From NCBI GenBank assembly GCA_011682385.1, contig JAACET010000005.1:1-50349 (forward strand): DNA of 50,349 nt, written 5' to 3'. The first letter of the stretch is position 1, and the number at the start of each line of letters is the position of its first letter. Made by a program: the position numbers and the translations under genes. The notes under the pieces are model-generated. The model was given only the letters and a program-made list of their open reading frames with translations, made no database searches and was not told where the DNA came from. The DNA comes from Actinomycetota bacterium. GTDB taxonomy: Bacteria; Planctomycetota; Phycisphaerae; JAACET01. Of this stretch, positions 26,887-38,135 are shown in pieces.

Positions 26887-26918
26887 CGTTCTTACAACAC
26901 CTCTGTTCAATGTTCAAC

Positions 26919-27266
26919 TCAGGCAGGACGCTCCTCGACAGCCAGAACAATGTGGCTGGTCCGCTTGAGAATAACATGAAAACGTCCTCGATCCTTGCGA
27001 CGGCCTCGCTTAATCGTGGGACCCTCGTCCACGCGAGCCTCGGCAACATACAAACGGTCAGTGTCGGCAGAGGCCTCGTCGGCACTGGCAATGGCAGCCC
27101 GCAAGGTCTTGTCCACAAACACAGCAGCTCGCTTGTTGGTGAACCTCAGTACGTCCAGAGCCTCGGCGGCAGCCAAACCACGAACCAAATCGACTACGAG
27201 CCGAACCTTACGCGGGGCAATGCGGGCAAATCTGTGCGTCGATTTCCAAGCCATACAAACAGCCAT
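26919..27266 (-). CDS. rplV: 50S ribosomal protein L22
   Basis: RFARIAPRKVRLVVDLVRG. Confidence 0.95.
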   Translation of the reverse strand: MAVCMAWKSTHRFARIAPRKVRLVVDLVRGLAAAEALDVLRFTNKRAAVFVDKTLRAAIASADEASADTDRLYVAEARVDEGPTIKRGRRKDRGRFHVILKRTSHIVLAVEERPA

Positions 27267-27277
27267 CCAAAAAATAA

Positions 27278-27553
27278 TCAGCCCTTGGCCCTGGCAGAAG
27301 TACCGTGACCACGAAAAGTGCGAGTCACACTAAACTCGCCCAGCTTGTGGCCTACCATGTCCTCCGTTACCAAAACCTTATGAAAAATCTTACCATTATG
27401 AACCAGAAAAGTCTGACCGACAAACTCCGGAATAATAGTCGATCGACGAGACCATGTACGAATCGGATCCCAACTGTTGGTCTGCTTGTTACGCATGACC
27501 TTCTGGAAAAGCTTCTGGTCGAAAAACGGTCCCTTTTTCAGCGATCTTCCCAT
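27278..27553 (-). CDS. rpsS: 30S ribosomal protein S19
   Basis: [15 protein letters not shown] ... [16 protein letters not shown]. Confidence 0.96.
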   Translation of the reverse strand: MGRSLKKGPFFDQKLFQKVMRNKQTNSWDPIRTWSRRSTIIPEFVGQTFLVHNGKIFHKVLVTEDMVGHKLGEFSVTRTFRGHGTSARAKG

Positions 27554-27571
27554 AAAGGAATAATCCTCTAA

Positions 27572-27604
27572 CTGGATTCCCGCTTATGCGGGAATGACAA
27601 AAAA
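27572..27604 (+). repeat. F2 palindrome in the rplB-rpsS spacer
   Basis: ctggATTCCCGCttatGCGGGAATgacaaaaaa. It occupies 33 of the 53 spacer nt. Confidence 0.85.
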
Positions 27605-27606
27605 TT

Positions 27607-28458
27607 CTAAACAACAAGCTGTCCATGACGCCGTGACTTCCGGCGGCGAATGATCCGCTTGGAAGAAACCTTACGCCGTGAACGCGTGCGGCCACCCTTG
27701 GCCAACTTGCCGGTGGGCGAACAAGGATGCCGACCACCACCGGAACGTCCCTCACCACCACCCATCGGATGAGCTACCGGGTTCATGGCTACGCCACGAA
27801 CGTGAGGACGACGACCTCGATGCCTGTTTCTACCAGCCTTGCCGACGCGAACATGCTGGTGATCCACATTGCCAATCTGGCCAATAGTGGCCCGACACTC
27901 AACCCGAACCATACGCAACTCACCAGAAGGCAAAACCAAATGAGCCCAGTCACCGTCCTTGGCAGCCAAACGAGCCACTCCACCGGCAGTGCGAACCAAC
28001 TGAGCACCCCGGCCGGCAGTCAACTCAATATTGTGTATCTCCATGCCGGCAGGTATGCCGGAAAGTGGCATAGCATTGCCAGTCTTCGGCTCAACCTTCA
28101 AACCGGAAACGACCTCTTCGGAAACCTGCAGACCCAAAGGAGCCAAAATATAACGCTTGTCGCCATCGGCATAGTGCAACAAGGCAATATGGCAGGAACG
28201 ATTAGGATCGTACTCTATAGAAGCAACCTTAGCGGGTACGCCATCCTTGTCCCGCTTGAAATCAATGGTCCGGTAAAGACGCTTATTGCCACCGCCACGG
28301 TGACGAGAAGTAATCTTGCCGGAATGGTTTCTGCCACCGGTCTTCTTGAGCCGAGACAAAAGACGCTTGGTCGGCTTGGCCCCGGTGAGTTCAGCATAAT
28401 CGCTGACGCTGGAGCGGCGACGACCGGCAGAAGTAGGCTTGTATTGCTTGACCGGCAT
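27607..28458 (-). CDS. rplB: 50S ribosomal protein L2
   Basis: [14 protein letters not shown] ... [16 protein letters not shown]. Confidence 0.96.
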   Translation of the reverse strand: MPVKQYKPTSAGRRRSSVSDYAELTGAKPTKRLLSRLKKTGGRNHSGKITSRHRGGGNKRLYRTIDFKRDKDGVPAKVASIEYDPNRSCHIALLHYADGDKRYILAPLGLQVSEEVVSGLKVEPKTGNAMPLSGIPAGMEIHNIELTAGRGAQLVRTAGGVARLAAKDGDWAHLVLPSGELRMVRVECRATIGQIGNVDHQHVRVGKAGRNRHRGRRPHVRGVAMNPVAHPMGGGEGRSGGGRHPCSPTGKLAKGGRTRSRRKVSSKRIIRRRKSRRHGQLVV

Positions 28459-28478
28459 GTTTTTAATCAAACTCCCGA

Positions 28479-28757
28479 CTAAAATAGATCAATATGATGT
28501 TCAGGATCCAAAACGACAACGGCCTTCTTCCAATGACTGGTCAGACCCCTTTTGAAACGGGTCCGACGCGGCTTGCCCCTGACATTGGCAGTGCGGACAT
28601 CACGAACTTTGACCTGGTATATCCGCTCAATGGCAGTCTTAATCTCAATCTTGTTGGCCTCCGGGTGCACCTGGAAAGGATAAGCATTCAACGTCGTAGA
28701 AGTACGCGTTCCCTTCTCAGTAACCAAAGGACGTATAACCACCTGATGCCAATCCAC
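28479..28757 (-). CDS. rplW: 50S ribosomal protein L23
   Basis: [11 protein letters not shown] ... [16 protein letters not shown]. Confidence 0.94.
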   Translation of the reverse strand: MDWHQVVIRPLVTEKGTRTSTTLNAYPFQVHPEANKIEIKTAIERIYQVKVRDVRTANVRGKPRRTRFKRGLTSHWKKAVVVLDPEHHIDLF

Positions 28758-28759
28758 AA

Positions 28760-29392
28760 CTAATTCTCCTGAGGGCCGGATGAGGCCAATAACTCAATTG
28801 CGGCCCGCGTGCAAAGCAGCTTATGTTTAGAACAGACGTCCAAGGCATTCAATTGCTCGGCTGTCGCAACTTCAAGGCCGGGAATGTTACGGCTGGACTT
28901 GAGCACATTGACGTCATGCTCGGCTACGGTCAACAGGCAGGAACGATCCAGCTTCAGAGCCGACATTATGGAAACCATGTCCTTGGTACGCGGTAAATCC
29001 ATCGAAAGAGCATCAATAACCACCACATCCTGCGACTGCAACTTGGACAAAATGGCGGAATTCCTGGCCAAACGACGAGCCTTGGCCGGCATACGCTTGC
29101 GGAAAGATCGAGCCAACTTGGCAAAGGTCCGTCCGCCACCACGGCGGATGGGAGTGCGAATGTTGCCCATCCGAGCGTTGCCCGTACCTTTCTGACGGAA
29201 AATCTTGCGGCTGGAACCCTTGACCATCGAACGGCACTTCGTGCGTGCAGAGCCCTGACGGCGATTGGCCTGATACATGACCAGTGCCTGCTTGAGCAAA
29301 GGCAAACGTACCGTGGTTCCAAAGACGGCCTCATCCAAAGATAAGGTGTCAACCTTCTGGCCCTGCTTGTTGTAAACGTCTAACTCTATCAT
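28760..29392 (-). CDS. rplD: 50S ribosomal protein L4
   Basis: RQGSARTKCRSMVKGSSRKIFRQKGTGNAR; 4-nt ATGA overlap with rplC. Confidence 0.95.
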   Translation of the reverse strand: MIELDVYNKQGQKVDTLSLDEAVFGTTVRLPLLKQALVMYQANRRQGSARTKCRSMVKGSSRKIFRQKGTGNARMGNIRTPIRRGGGRTFAKLARSFRKRMPAKARRLARNSAILSKLQSQDVVVIDALSMDLPRTKDMVSIMSALKLDRSCLLTVAEHDVNVLKSSRNIPGLEVATAEQLNALDVCSKHKLLCTRAAIELLASSGPQEN

Positions 29393-30096
29393 GCGGTCTT
29401 GGCTCGCTCGATAAGAATATAAGCACCGTTAGGTCCGGGTATAGAACCGGAAACCAACAAAACATTGTTCTGGGTATCAATCTTGACCAGGCGATGATTC
29501 TTACTGGTGATGCGGACATGGCCCATGTGACCAGCCATCCGCTTGCCCTTCTTCACCGACCGGCCGGTAGCGGAATTAGCACTACCGCCAATGCCACCAG
29601 CACTGCGGTGCTTGCGCTCGGTACCGTGAGAAGCACAAAGTCCTTTGAAACCGTGACGCTTCATAACACCCGCAAAACCTTTGCCCTTAGTCAAACCAAT
29701 AATATCAACCCTCTGGGTCTCGCCAAAAGACTCCACGGTCAAGACGTCGCCAGGATTGACCTCCGGCTCTGCGACTGTGCGAACCTCACGAACAAACTTC
29801 ATCGGTGAAGCACCGACCTTAGCAGCGTGGCCGACGGCTGATAAAGTGGCCCCGCGACGACGTACATAGCCGCGAGCCAAACCTTCAGAACCATCCCGAC
29901 GCTTACGCTTGTGAACGCCAGGAGTCTTGGCTGGATCCATACCCATCTGCACGGCCCAATAGCCGTCAGAAGCGGCTGTCTTGACCTGCAAAACCGTACA
30001 GGGACCAGCCTCTATGACCGTGACCGGAGTTATAACGCCGGCCTGGTCATAAACCTGAGTCATTCCAATCTTTTTGCCCAACAAGGCTGGTAACAT
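29389..30096 (-). CDS. rplC: 50S ribosomal protein L3
   Basis: MLPALLGKKIGMTQVYD; ATG at 30096. Confidence 0.95.
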   Translation of the reverse strand: MLPALLGKKIGMTQVYDQAGVITPVTVIEAGPCTVLQVKTAASDGYWAVQMGMDPAKTPGVHKRKRRDGSEGLARGYVRRRGATLSAVGHAAKVGASPMKFVREVRTVAEPEVNPGDVLTVESFGETQRVDIIGLTKGKGFAGVMKRHGFKGLCASHGTERKHRSAGGIGGSANSATGRSVKKGKRMAGHMGHVRITSKNHRLVKIDTQNNVLLVSGSIPGPNGAYILIERAKTA

Positions 30097-30136
30097 CACA
30101 CCATAACCTTCAAAAAAACAGGCCCAAGAAATAAAC

Positions 30137-30445
30137 TCAGGCCTTAATCTTCACAAAAACACCAGCAGGAACCACCAACTTGTTCAGAGCTTCAATAGTC
30201 CTGGCTGTGGGATTGGCAATATCTATAATCCGCTTGTGGGTGCGGATCTCAAACTGCTCACGCGACTTCTTGTCAATGTGCGGTGAACGTAAAACAGTGT
30301 ACCGCTCAATCCGCGTAGGCAGCGGAATCGGGCCATACACCAAGGCATTCGTCCTGCGGGCATTGTCCACAATCTCCCTGGCTGAGACGTCCAGGGCCTT
30401 GTGATCGTAAGCCTCCATTCTGATTCTTATCCGTTCACCAGACAT
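30137..30445 (-). CDS. rpsJ: 30S ribosomal protein S10
   Basis: [14 protein letters not shown] ... GPIPLPT; AGGAG Shine-Dalgarno upstream. Confidence 0.96.
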   Translation of the reverse strand: MSGERIRIRMEAYDHKALDVSAREIVDNARRTNALVYGPIPLPTRIERYTVLRSPHIDKKSREQFEIRTHKRIIDIANPTARTIEALNKLVVPAGVFVKIKA

Positions 30446-30511
30446 GTTTTAGCCAACTCCTGCCCATACAGTGTGTTATAAAAATAAACATCTATTTTCT
30501 AAAGACCTACA

Positions 30512-30539
30512 ATGTTAGCAGCAAAAACATATCCGTCAA
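30512..30539 (-). promoter_or_regulatory. candidate internal sigma70-type promoter for the S10 operon
   Basis: On the minus strand, TTGACG (30539-30534), a 16-nt spacer, then TAACAT (30517-30512). An A/T-rich stretch lies upstream. It sits inside the 192-nt fusA-rpsJ gap. By-eye match only. Confidence 0.3.
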
Positions 30540-30637
30540 GAAAAAAGCTCAACTAACCTAAATATTTTCTGCGGCTGCATATACGCGGCCAAAATCTTCC
30601 CGGCCAAAGGGGCAAAAATGAGCCCAGATAACCATAT

Positions 30638-32710
30638 TCAGGTCTTCAAGGCCTCCCTGGCTAAGGCCTCAGGCATGAGCCGATAGGCCAAAGGCTGCAT
30701 AGTATAGGTGGCCCGGCCCTGGGTAAGGCCCCGGACGGCCGTGGCGTAACCAAACATCCGAGATAAAGGCACCTCGGCATCAATAATGCGAATGTTCCGG
30801 GAAATCTCCGTGTGAGTGATAACGGCTCGGCGACTACTCAGGTCCGATTGAACCGGCCCAAAGTAACTATCGGGAACCACTACCTGCAAAGTCATAATGG
30901 GCTCCAACAAGGCCGGCTTGGCCTTAGTCAGGGCCTCAGTGAAAGCACCAGAACCGGCCATCTCAAAGGCCAACTCGGAAGAATCAACCTCGTGCTCCCG
31001 GCCGTCCAACAGCGTCACCTTCACATCAGAAACAGGAAAACCAGCCAAAGGACCCGAAGTGCGGGCATCCATGACGCCCTGCTCAACGGCTTTTATGTAC
31101 GGAGCAGAAATGGCGCCGCCCTTAATCTTAGACTCAAAAACAACCGGCTGGTCGGCGTGCTCGTGCTGATAAGGCTCAACACGCAAAGCGACCACGGCAA
31201 ATTGGCCGCGACCTCCGGTCTGGCGAACAAAACGATACTCGGTCTCGGCAGAAGCCGTTATGGTCTCACGATAAGCGACCAGCGGACTGCCCACGCGAAC
31301 AGGGACCTTCAAATCCTCGGCGAGCTTGCGGTGCAAGACCTGCAAATGCAACTCGCCCATTCCGGACATGATGGTCTGAGAGGTCTGCTCGTCGTAGCGA
31401 TAAGTAAAAGTGGGGTCCTCCCGGCTCAAGGTGGCCAGGGCCTCGCCCAGACGCGAGCGGTCGGCGGAAGTGACGGGCTCGACGGACATAGAAATCACGG
31501 TCTCAGGAAACTCGATCTGCTCCAGAACAAGCGGTGACTTGGAATCAGCCAAAGTGTCGCCCGTGAGACTGTGACGCAAACCAACGATGGCACAAATATC
31601 ACCGGCCTGGATGCGATCCAGGGGCAGGCGCTGGCCGGCGTGCATCTGCCAAATGCGCGAGATCAACTCGCGCTTGTCGCGAACGGGATTATAAACGCGA
31701 GAACCCTTGGTCAAACTTCCGGAATAAACCCGTATATAATAAAGATCACCATGGGAGTCGGCCTGAATCTTGAAAACCAAAGCAGCAAAAGGAGCCTTAG
31801 GATCCGGCGGACGAGATATCTTCTTATCGTGATGCTTGGGATCAAAGCCCTCCACGGGTGGTAAATCCATGGGGGCGGGCAAATACATGGTTACCGCATC
31901 CAACAAAGGCTGAATGCCCTTGTACTTCAAGGCTGAACCGCACAACACAGGCTGAATGCTGCAACTAATCGTGGCCCGGCGAATGGCGGCCTGCAAAAGA
32001 TCGACGGGGATCTCATCGTCGTGAACATAAAGGTGCATGAGCTCTTCATCGAACTCGGCAACTTTCTCCAAAAGATCGTGGCGAGCCTGGGCGGCCTTAG
32101 CACGCATATGATCAGGGATATCAATAATCTTAAAAGCGGAACCGAGCTTTTGGGAATCAAAAATCAGGGCCCGCTCACAGACCAAATCGATGACACCAGC
32201 AAAATCCGAGGCCTGGCCAATGGGCAACTGCAATACGGCTGGGCAAGCATGCAGCATCGAAGCGGCCTGGGACACAACATGATCGAAATCGGCGCCCACG
32301 CGGTCCAACTTATTAACAAAACAAAGCCGAGGTACGTGGTACTTGTCGGCCTGACGCCAAACGGTCTCTGACTGGGCCTCTACGCCGCCAACAGCACAAA
32401 GAACCATGACCGCACCGTCAAGGACACGCAGAGAACGCTCAACCTCGGCCGTAAAATCAACGTGACCGGGGGTGTCAATCAAATTAATGGTGTGGTCCTT
32501 CCAGCCCAAAGTAGTCGCCGCAGCAGTAATGGTAATGCCACGAGCCTGCTCTTCAGGAAGATAGTCCATCACGGCAGTACCGTTGTGCACCTCACCCATC
32601 TTGTAGGTCTTGCCACTGTAATAAAGCACCCGCTCAGTAACAGTGGTCTTGCCGGCATCAATGTGAGCCATAATACCGATATTGCGGATTTTTGTCAGGT
32701 CGTCAGACAT
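30638..32710 (-). CDS. fusA: elongation factor G
   Basis: AHIDAGKTT, DTPGHVDF, NKLDR; ATG at 32710 (MSDDLTKIRNIGI). Confidence 0.96.
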   Translation of the reverse strand: MSDDLTKIRNIGIMAHIDAGKTTVTERVLYYSGKTYKMGEVHNGTAVMDYLPEEQARGITITAAATTLGWKDHTINLIDTPGHVDFTAEVERSLRVLDGAVMVLCAVGGVEAQSETVWRQADKYHVPRLCFVNKLDRVGADFDHVVSQAASMLHACPAVLQLPIGQASDFAGVIDLVCERALIFDSQKLGSAFKIIDIPDHMRAKAAQARHDLLEKVAEFDEELMHLYVHDDEIPVDLLQAAIRRATISCSIQPVLCGSALKYKGIQPLLDAVTMYLPAPMDLPPVEGFDPKHHDKKISRPPDPKAPFAALVFKIQADSHGDLYYIRVYSGSLTKGSRVYNPVRDKRELISRIWQMHAGQRLPLDRIQAGDICAIVGLRHSLTGDTLADSKSPLVLEQIEFPETVISMSVEPVTSADRSRLGEALATLSREDPTFTYRYDEQTSQTIMSGMGELHLQVLHRKLAEDLKVPVRVGSPLVAYRETITASAETEYRFVRQTGGRGQFAVVALRVEPYQHEHADQPVVFESKIKGGAISAPYIKAVEQGVMDARTSGPLAGFPVSDVKVTLLDGREHEVDSSELAFEMAGSGAFTEALTKAKPALLEPIMTLQVVVPDSYFGPVQSDLSSRRAVITHTEISRNIRIIDAEVPLSRMFGYATAVRGLTQGRATYTMQPLAYRLMPEALAREALKT

Positions 32711-32720
32711 TAGAAGAAAT

Positions 32721-32800
32721 ACCAAAAATCAAAGATCAAAAACAAAGAAAAGAAACGGAAAAACCCTTCACCACGAAAGCGCGAAGATCACAAAGTAAAA
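32721..32800 (+). repeat. mosaic repeat in the rpsG-fusA spacer: inverted heptad tract (32721-32747) - B (32748-32760) - A (32766-32795)
   Basis: accaaaaatcaaagatcaaaaacaaag, aaagaaacggaaaa, ttcaccacgaaagcgcgaagatcacaaag. Confidence 0.8.
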
Positions 32801-32828
32801 AGAAAGAAACCCCCGGTAGAACCGGGGG
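32790..32828 (-). terminator. intrinsic terminator/attenuator-like hairpin + U-tract between rpsG and fusA
   Basis: The minus-strand RNA reads CCCCCGGU-UCU-ACCGGGGG followed by UUUCUUUCUUUUUACUUUG. The 3' arm belongs to F4 module copy 3 (32820-32836). Confidence 0.55.
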
Positions 32829-32856
32829 CTAAATATTAATGTGAAGCAACAAAAGC

Positions 32857-33336
32857 TTACCGCCAGGCGAAATGGGCAAAGGCCCGATTGGCCTCGGCCA
32901 TGCGGTGCATGTTCTCCCGCGCAGTCATGGCGGCACCTTCTTGCTTATAAGCGGAATACAGCTCAGCAGCTAAGGCCTCCGACATCGGACGACCCTTGAT
33001 GGACCGAGCTGCCTGGATGATCCAACGAAAAGCCAAAGCCTGCTGTCGCTTGGGACTAACCTGCATGGGAACCTGGTAGTTGGCACCGCCGACACGACGA
33101 GAACGTACCTCAATGCTGGGCTTGACATTACTAATGGCTGTCTCAAAGACCTCAAAGGGCGGAACATCCTTGATCCGTTCGCCAATGATGTCCAAGGCAT
33201 CATAAAAGAGCCGTTGGGCTACAGACTTCTTGCCACCCCACATGAGGCAGTTAACAAATTTCCCAGCCAGCTTAGAGCCGTGACGAGGGTCGGGCTTGAG
33301 CTGGGCGGCTGAGGCTGTCCACTTCTTATAGGCCAT
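32857..33336 (-). CDS. rpsG: 30S ribosomal protein S7
   Basis: [22 protein letters not shown]. Confidence 0.96.
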   Translation of the reverse strand: MAYKKWTASAAQLKPDPRHGSKLAGKFVNCLMWGGKKSVAQRLFYDALDIIGERIKDVPPFEVFETAISNVKPSIEVRSRRVGGANYQVPMQVSPKRQQALAFRWIIQAARSIKGRPMSEALAAELYSAYKQEGAAMTARENMHRMAEANRAFAHFAWR

Positions 33337-33374
33337 GTACTAAAATCCTCTTATTAGGCCCTGAGGCCCTACTA

Positions 33375-33746
33375 CTATTTACCTTTCTTGGTCCCATAAC
33401 AACTACGGCTCTGCTTGCGGCCTTCCACACCAAGAGTGTCCAGCACGCCACGAACAATATGATAACGTACGCCAGGCAGGTCGCGAACACGCCCGCCACG
33501 AACCAAAACAACAGAGTGCTCCTGAAGATTGTGGTCCTCACCAGGAATGTAAGCAGTTACCTCCCGGCCATTGGTCAGACGTACACGAGCGATCTTCCGC
33601 AAGGCGGAGTTGGGCTTCTTGGGCGGCATGGTGCGAACATTAAGGCAAACACCTCGTCGCTGCGGACAACCCTCAAGGTCGACAGTCTTATTCTTCTTGG
33701 TGACCTTGCGGCGCGACTTCCTGAGAAGCTGATTACACGTTGGCAT
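33375..33746 (-). CDS. rpsL: 30S ribosomal protein S12
   Basis: [15 protein letters not shown] ... [10 protein letters not shown]. Confidence 0.97.
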   Translation of the reverse strand: MPTCNQLLRKSRRKVTKKNKTVDLEGCPQRRGVCLNVRTMPPKKPNSALRKIARVRLTNGREVTAYIPGEDHNLQEHSVVLVRGGRVRDLPGVRYHIVRGVLDTLGVEGRKQSRSCYGTKKGK

Positions 33747-33775
33747 AACAAAAATCCTAAAACTAGGCTACATCC

Positions 33776-36700
33776 TCAAACAACATCGGCTTCGGCGAGG
33801 GTCTGCTCACCTGTGACCGGCTCGGAGACCTCTGCTTCGACCGGCGGCTCGGGAACCGGCTCAGCCAAGTGCTTGACCTTCATGTCAAGGTAAGGCTTAA
33901 AGGCCGTACCGGCCGGAATCAAATGACCCATGATAACATTTTCCTTCAGGCCCTGCAAGCGATCCTCCCTGGAAGCCAAAGCAGCCTCGGTCAGAACGCG
34001 AGTGGTCTCCTGGAAACTGGCGGCAGAAACAAAAGACTCACTACGCAAAGAGGCCTTGGTAATACCCAACAACAGAGCCGAAGCAGTGGCCGGCTTGGCC
34101 TTGCGGGTCTTGGGCGGCTGGCGGCCGGCCTCGGTCAGGGCCGTAACGGTCGGCTCAAGGTCCTGGGCGGAAACAATGTCGCCAGCATGCAAATCACTGT
34201 CACCAGGTTCGAGTATCTTCAGACTCTTGGCCAGACGGGTGTTCTCGTCGCGGAAGTGGAACTTGTCCACCACGGCGCCAGGCAAGAACTTGGAATCACC
34301 CACAGACTCAATCTGCACCTTGCGAAGCATCTGAGCGAGAATAATCTCCGCGTGCTTGTCGTTAATCTTAACGTTTTGGCTGCGATAAACGTTCTGCACC
34401 TCAATCAATAAGTACTGCTGCAGGGCATCCTCACCCTTGATCCGCAAAATATCGTGCGGAACCAAAGGACCGTCCGTCAAAGGTACGCCAGCCTCAACAA
34501 AGTCGCCGGTGTGCACCTGCAAATGCTTGTTGTGCGGAACGTGGTGCTCCTTCTCCATACCAGAAGCAGAACGAATAATAATGGTCATCTTGCCGCGACG
34601 CTTGTCGGAACGAATCTCGACCTGACCGGAAATCTCGGCCAAGACAGAAGGATCCTTCGGCTTGCGGGCTTCGAAAATCTCCGTGACACGCGGCAAACCG
34701 CCAGTGATGTCCTGCGTGCCGGAAATATCCCGCGGCTGACGAGCTAATAAATGTCCAGAATTGACCTGCTGGCCTTCCTCGACCTCGACGTGAGCCTTGG
34801 CAGGCAGATAATGGAAACTCTGAATGGTACCTTCCTGGTCCTCAATAATAATCCGGGGATGCTTCTCACCCTTGTGCTCGATAATCACCATGTGACCCAA
34901 AGTGCCCTTGCGCTCGGCCTCAATCCTAACCGTCTCACCCTCCTCAATATCCTCGAAACGAACCACACCACCAGCTTCAGCCAAAATCGATACGCGGTGC
35001 GGGTCCCAGGTGGCTAAACGTGTGCCGGCCTTAACCTGATGGCCATCCTTGACCAGTAAATAGGCACCATACGGAATACTATAGGACTCCAACTCGCGGT
35101 CCTTGTCGTCGAGAATGGCTAGCTCGCCGTTGTGCTTGAGCACGACCGAAACCTTATTGCCCTCCAAGTCCTCGGCGGGCATGGGATTGAGCTCGCCAAA
35201 CTTAACCTTGCCGGAGTGAGTGGTGCGGACCTCAGAAGTGACAATCTCACGGCTGGCAACACCACCAGTGTGGAAAGTACGCATGGTCAACTGCGTGCCA
35301 GGCTCGCCAATAGCCTGGGCAGCTATAATGCCCGCAGCCAAACCCTGCTCAACCAAACGGCCGGTAGACAAATCCACGCCGTAACACTTGGCGCAAATGC
35401 CTACACGTGACTCACATGTCAAAGACGAACGGACACGAATAGAGTCCAGACCCAATTGCTCAATCTCGCGGGCAATGGGCTCATTAATAATATCGCCCTC
35501 GGCAACTATGACCTTGTCAGTAACCGGATTGACAATAGTATCGCGGGCAATCCGGCCAATAATAACCCGACTCAGAGGAACCTCCAACTCGTCACCCTTG
35601 TATAAGGCACTCTTGGCCAGGCCGTTCATGGTGCCGCAATCGTGCTCGTTGACGACCACGTTCTGAGCGACATCGGCTAGTTTGCGAGTAAGATAACCGG
35701 AATCGGCAGTCTTGAGAGCTGTGTCGGCCAAACCCTTGCGGGCACCGTGAGTAGAACTGAAATAATCCAAGACCGAAAGACCCTCGCGGAAATTAGTGCG
35801 AATGGGCGTCTCGATAATCTCACCCGAAGGCTTGGACATCAAACCTCGCATGCCGGCGAGCTGACGAATCTGATCGACAGAACCACGAGCACCGGAACCG
35901 GTCATGAGCCAGATAGGATTCAAATAAGGTACGCCGTCACGGATGTCATTCTTCAACTGCTCCATCATGGCGACAGTGACTTCCTCACGGGCATGAACCC
36001 AGACGTCCAGGATCTGGTTGTGACGCTCACCATCAGTGAGCACACCACGACGGAAGCCACTCTCAATGCGGTCAACCTTCTTCTGAGCGGCGTCAATAAT
36101 CTCAGGCTTCTGGGTGGGCACACGCAAATCAGTTATGGCAATACTCAGGCCGGCACGAGTGCTCCAGCGGAAACCGATGTCCTTGGCGCTGTCCAACAAC
36201 TCAATGGTACAGGCCCGGCCCAGGGTCTGGTGGCAATCAGAAATGACCCGGCTGACACCACCCTGGCCCAAAGGATAATTGTAAAAAGGCATGCCCTGGG
36301 GCAAAATGTCATTGAAAATACACCGGCCAACAGTAGTGCAAATCCTGGTCTGACCCGAAAGGACCTTGTCCTGCTCAACAACCTGGCGGTCAGGCGACAT
36401 ACGCAGGAATATCTTGGCGTGAAGGCTGACCTTACCCAATTCATAAGCAGTAATGGCCTCGTTCACACTGGTGAAAAACTGGCCCTTACCCAAATCAGAA
36501 GGATGATCGTAGGTGAGGAAGTGAATGCCCAGAATGATGTCCTGACTGGGCGAGACAATAGGATCACCATTGGAAGGCGAGAAAATATTGTACACCGAAA
36601 GCATCAGCAAATGGGCCTCAATCTGGGCCTCAATACTCAAAGGCAAGTGAACAGCCATCTGGTCGCCGTCAAAGTCAGCATTAAAGCCCTTGCAAACCAA

Positions 36701-38038
36701 AGGATGAACCTCAATGGCGTTACCTTCGATCAGAACCGGCTGGAAGGCCTGAATGCCCATGCGGTGCAGCGTAGGGGCCCGATTCAACAGAACCAAGTGC
36801 TGCGTAATAACCTCCTCCAGGATGTCCCAAACCTCCTCGTCCTTGCGCTCGAGCATTTTCTTGGCAGACTTGATGGTGTCAGCCAGTCCGCGCTCTTTCA
36901 GCAAACGAATAATAAAGGGTTGATACAACTCCAGAGCTATCCGCTTGGGCAAGCCACACTGATACAACTTCAACTCCGGGCCGACCACAATCACCGAACG
37001 GGCAGAATAGTCGACACGCTTACCCAAAAGGTTCTCGCGGAAGCGGCCCTGCTTGCCCTTAATCATGTCGGTGAGCGACTTCAAAGGACGATTGGACGAG
37101 CCAACCACAGGACGGCGACAACGGCCATTGTCAAACAGAGAGTCAACGGCCTGCTGCAGCATACGCTTCTCGTTGCGGATGATGACCTCCGGGGCATTCA
37201 AATCCAACAACTTCTTGAGCCGATTGTTGCGGTTAATAATGCGACGATAAAGATCGTTGAGGTCACTGGTGGCAAAATTGCCGCTCTCCAACAGAACCAA
37301 GGGACGCAAATCCGGCGGAATGACCGGAACACACTCCATGACAGTCCATTCGGGCTGATTCTGGGAAGCCTTGAGGGCCTCAACAATGGCCAGCCGCTTG
37401 GTCAACTCGGATATCCGCTGCTTGGAGCCGGTCTTATCCAGGGCTTGACGAAGCTCGTCACTAAGCTTGGCTAAGTCCAAACCAACCAACAACTCCTTGA
37501 TGGACTCGGCACCCATGCCGGCCTTGAAGTTCTCGCCGTATTTGCTCAGGGCAGCCCGATGGTCATCCTCGGAAAGGACCTGCCTGACAGTCAAAGGAGT
37601 ATCGCCGGGATCAGTAACCACATAGTCCTGGAAATAAATTACCTTTTCCAAATCGGAGTTCTTCATGCCCAGCAAAGAACCCAAACGCGAAGGCGTAGCC
37701 TTGAAAAACCAAATGTGCACAATCGGGGCGGCAAGATTGATATGACCCATCCGTTTGCGGCGGACGCGAGAATGAGTAACCTTCACACCACAACGATCGC
37801 AAATAATGCCCTTGTGCTTGGTGCCCTTAAACTTTCCGCAGGCACACTCCCAATCACGCTCGGGGCCAAAAATCCGCTCGCAGAACAAACCGTCCTTCTC
37901 CGGACGGTAAGTGCGGTAATTAATGGTCTCCGGCTTCTTGACCTCACCAAAAGACCAACTGCGAATATCATTGGGGCTGGCCAAGCTGATGCGCACAGAA
38001 CCATAATCATTAATTCGGTCGTAAATGGTCTCTAGCAT
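33776..38038 (-). CDS. rpoC: DNA-directed RNA polymerase subunit beta'
   Basis: 1420 aa; catalytic NADFDGDQM; Zn-finger [20 protein letters not shown]. Ends only 29 nt from the rpsL start. Confidence 0.98.
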   Translation of the reverse strand: MLETIYDRINDYGSVRISLASPNDIRSWSFGEVKKPETINYRTYRPEKDGLFCERIFGPERDWECACGKFKGTKHKGIICDRCGVKVTHSRVRRKRMGHINLAAPIVHIWFFKATPSRLGSLLGMKNSDLEKVIYFQDYVVTDPGDTPLTVRQVLSEDDHRAALSKYGENFKAGMGAESIKELLVGLDLAKLSDELRQALDKTGSKQRISELTKRLAIVEALKASQNQPEWTVMECVPVIPPDLRPLVLLESGNFATSDLNDLYRRIINRNNRLKKLLDLNAPEVIIRNEKRMLQQAVDSLFDNGRCRRPVVGSSNRPLKSLTDMIKGKQGRFRENLLGKRVDYSARSVIVVGPELKLYQCGLPKRIALELYQPFIIRLLKERGLADTIKSAKKMLERKDEEVWDILEEVITQHLVLLNRAPTLHRMGIQAFQPVLIEGNAIEVHPLVCKGFNADFDGDQMAVHLPLSIEAQIEAHLLMLSVYNIFSPSNGDPIVSPSQDIILGIHFLTYDHPSDLGKGQFFTSVNEAITAYELGKVSLHAKIFLRMSPDRQVVEQDKVLSGQTRICTTVGRCIFNDILPQGMPFYNYPLGQGGVSRVISDCHQTLGRACTIELLDSAKDIGFRWSTRAGLSIAITDLRVPTQKPEIIDAAQKKVDRIESGFRRGVLTDGERHNQILDVWVHAREEVTVAMMEQLKNDIRDGVPYLNPIWLMTGSGARGSVDQIRQLAGMRGLMSKPSGEIIETPIRTNFREGLSVLDYFSSTHGARKGLADTALKTADSGYLTRKLADVAQNVVVNEHDCGTMNGLAKSALYKGDELEVPLSRVIIGRIARDTIVNPVTDKVIVAEGDIINEPIAREIEQLGLDSIRVRSSLTCESRVGICAKCYGVDLSTGRLVEQGLAAGIIAAQAIGEPGTQLTMRTFHTGGVASREIVTSEVRTTHSGKVKFGELNPMPAEDLEGNKVSVVLKHNGELAILDDKDRELESYSIPYGAYLLVKDGHQVKAGTRLATWDPHRVSILAEAGGVVRFEDIEEGETVRIEAERKGTLGHMVIIEHKGEKHPRIIIEDQEGTIQSFHYLPAKAHVEVEEGQQVNSGHLLARQPRDISGTQDITGGLPRVTEIFEARKPKDPSVLAEISGQVEIRSDKRRGKMTIIIRSASGMEKEHHVPHNKHLQVHTGDFVEAGVPLTDGPLVPHDILRIKGEDALQQYLLIEVQNVYRSQNVKINDKHAEIILAQMLRKVQIESVGDSKFLPGAVVDKFHFRDENTRLAKSLKILEPGDSDLHAGDIVSAQDLEPTVTALTEAGRQPPKTRKAKPATASALLLGITKASLRSESFVSAASFQETTRVLTEAALASREDRLQGLKENVIMGHLIPAGTAFKPYLDMKVKHLAEPVPEPPVEAEVSEPVTGEQTLAEADVV

Positions 38039-38083
38039 AGCGAAAAAGTTCCTTTCGGCATAAGGCCGGTCTTACCGGGAACT

Positions 38084-38102
38084 CGGCGGACGTAGTCCGC
38101 CG
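38084..38102. other. small GC hairpin in the rpoB-rpoC spacer
   Basis: cggcggac-gta-gtccgccg: 8-bp stem with a 3-nt loop. It shares the ACGTAG core with F1, but the arms differ. Confidence 0.4.
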
Positions 38103-38135
38103 GCTATCGTCAAACGCAGATAATAGAAGAGTCGT

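Noticed and set aside
35747-37474. Very long antisense ORFs inside essential genes: 575 aa opposite rpoC, 285 aa (39165..40022) opposite rpoB, 251 aa (27727..28482) opposite rplB, 267 aa (41831..42634) opposite rplL/rplJ.
   Set aside because: Coordinate arithmetic shows each is codon-for-codon aligned with the sense gene; for example, 38038-35747+1 = 2292 is divisible by 3. Their stops would therefore require the sense codons TTA, CTA or TCA, and avoidance of those codons in highly expressed genes produces such shadow ORFs. The translations are low-complexity with no recognisable motifs.
38084-38102. The rpoB-rpoC spacer hairpin as a tenth F1 copy.
   Set aside because: It shares only the ACGTAG core; the arms (CGGCGGAC/GTCCGCCG) and flanks differ from the F1 consensus. 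It is treated as an independent small hairpin of uncertain significance.
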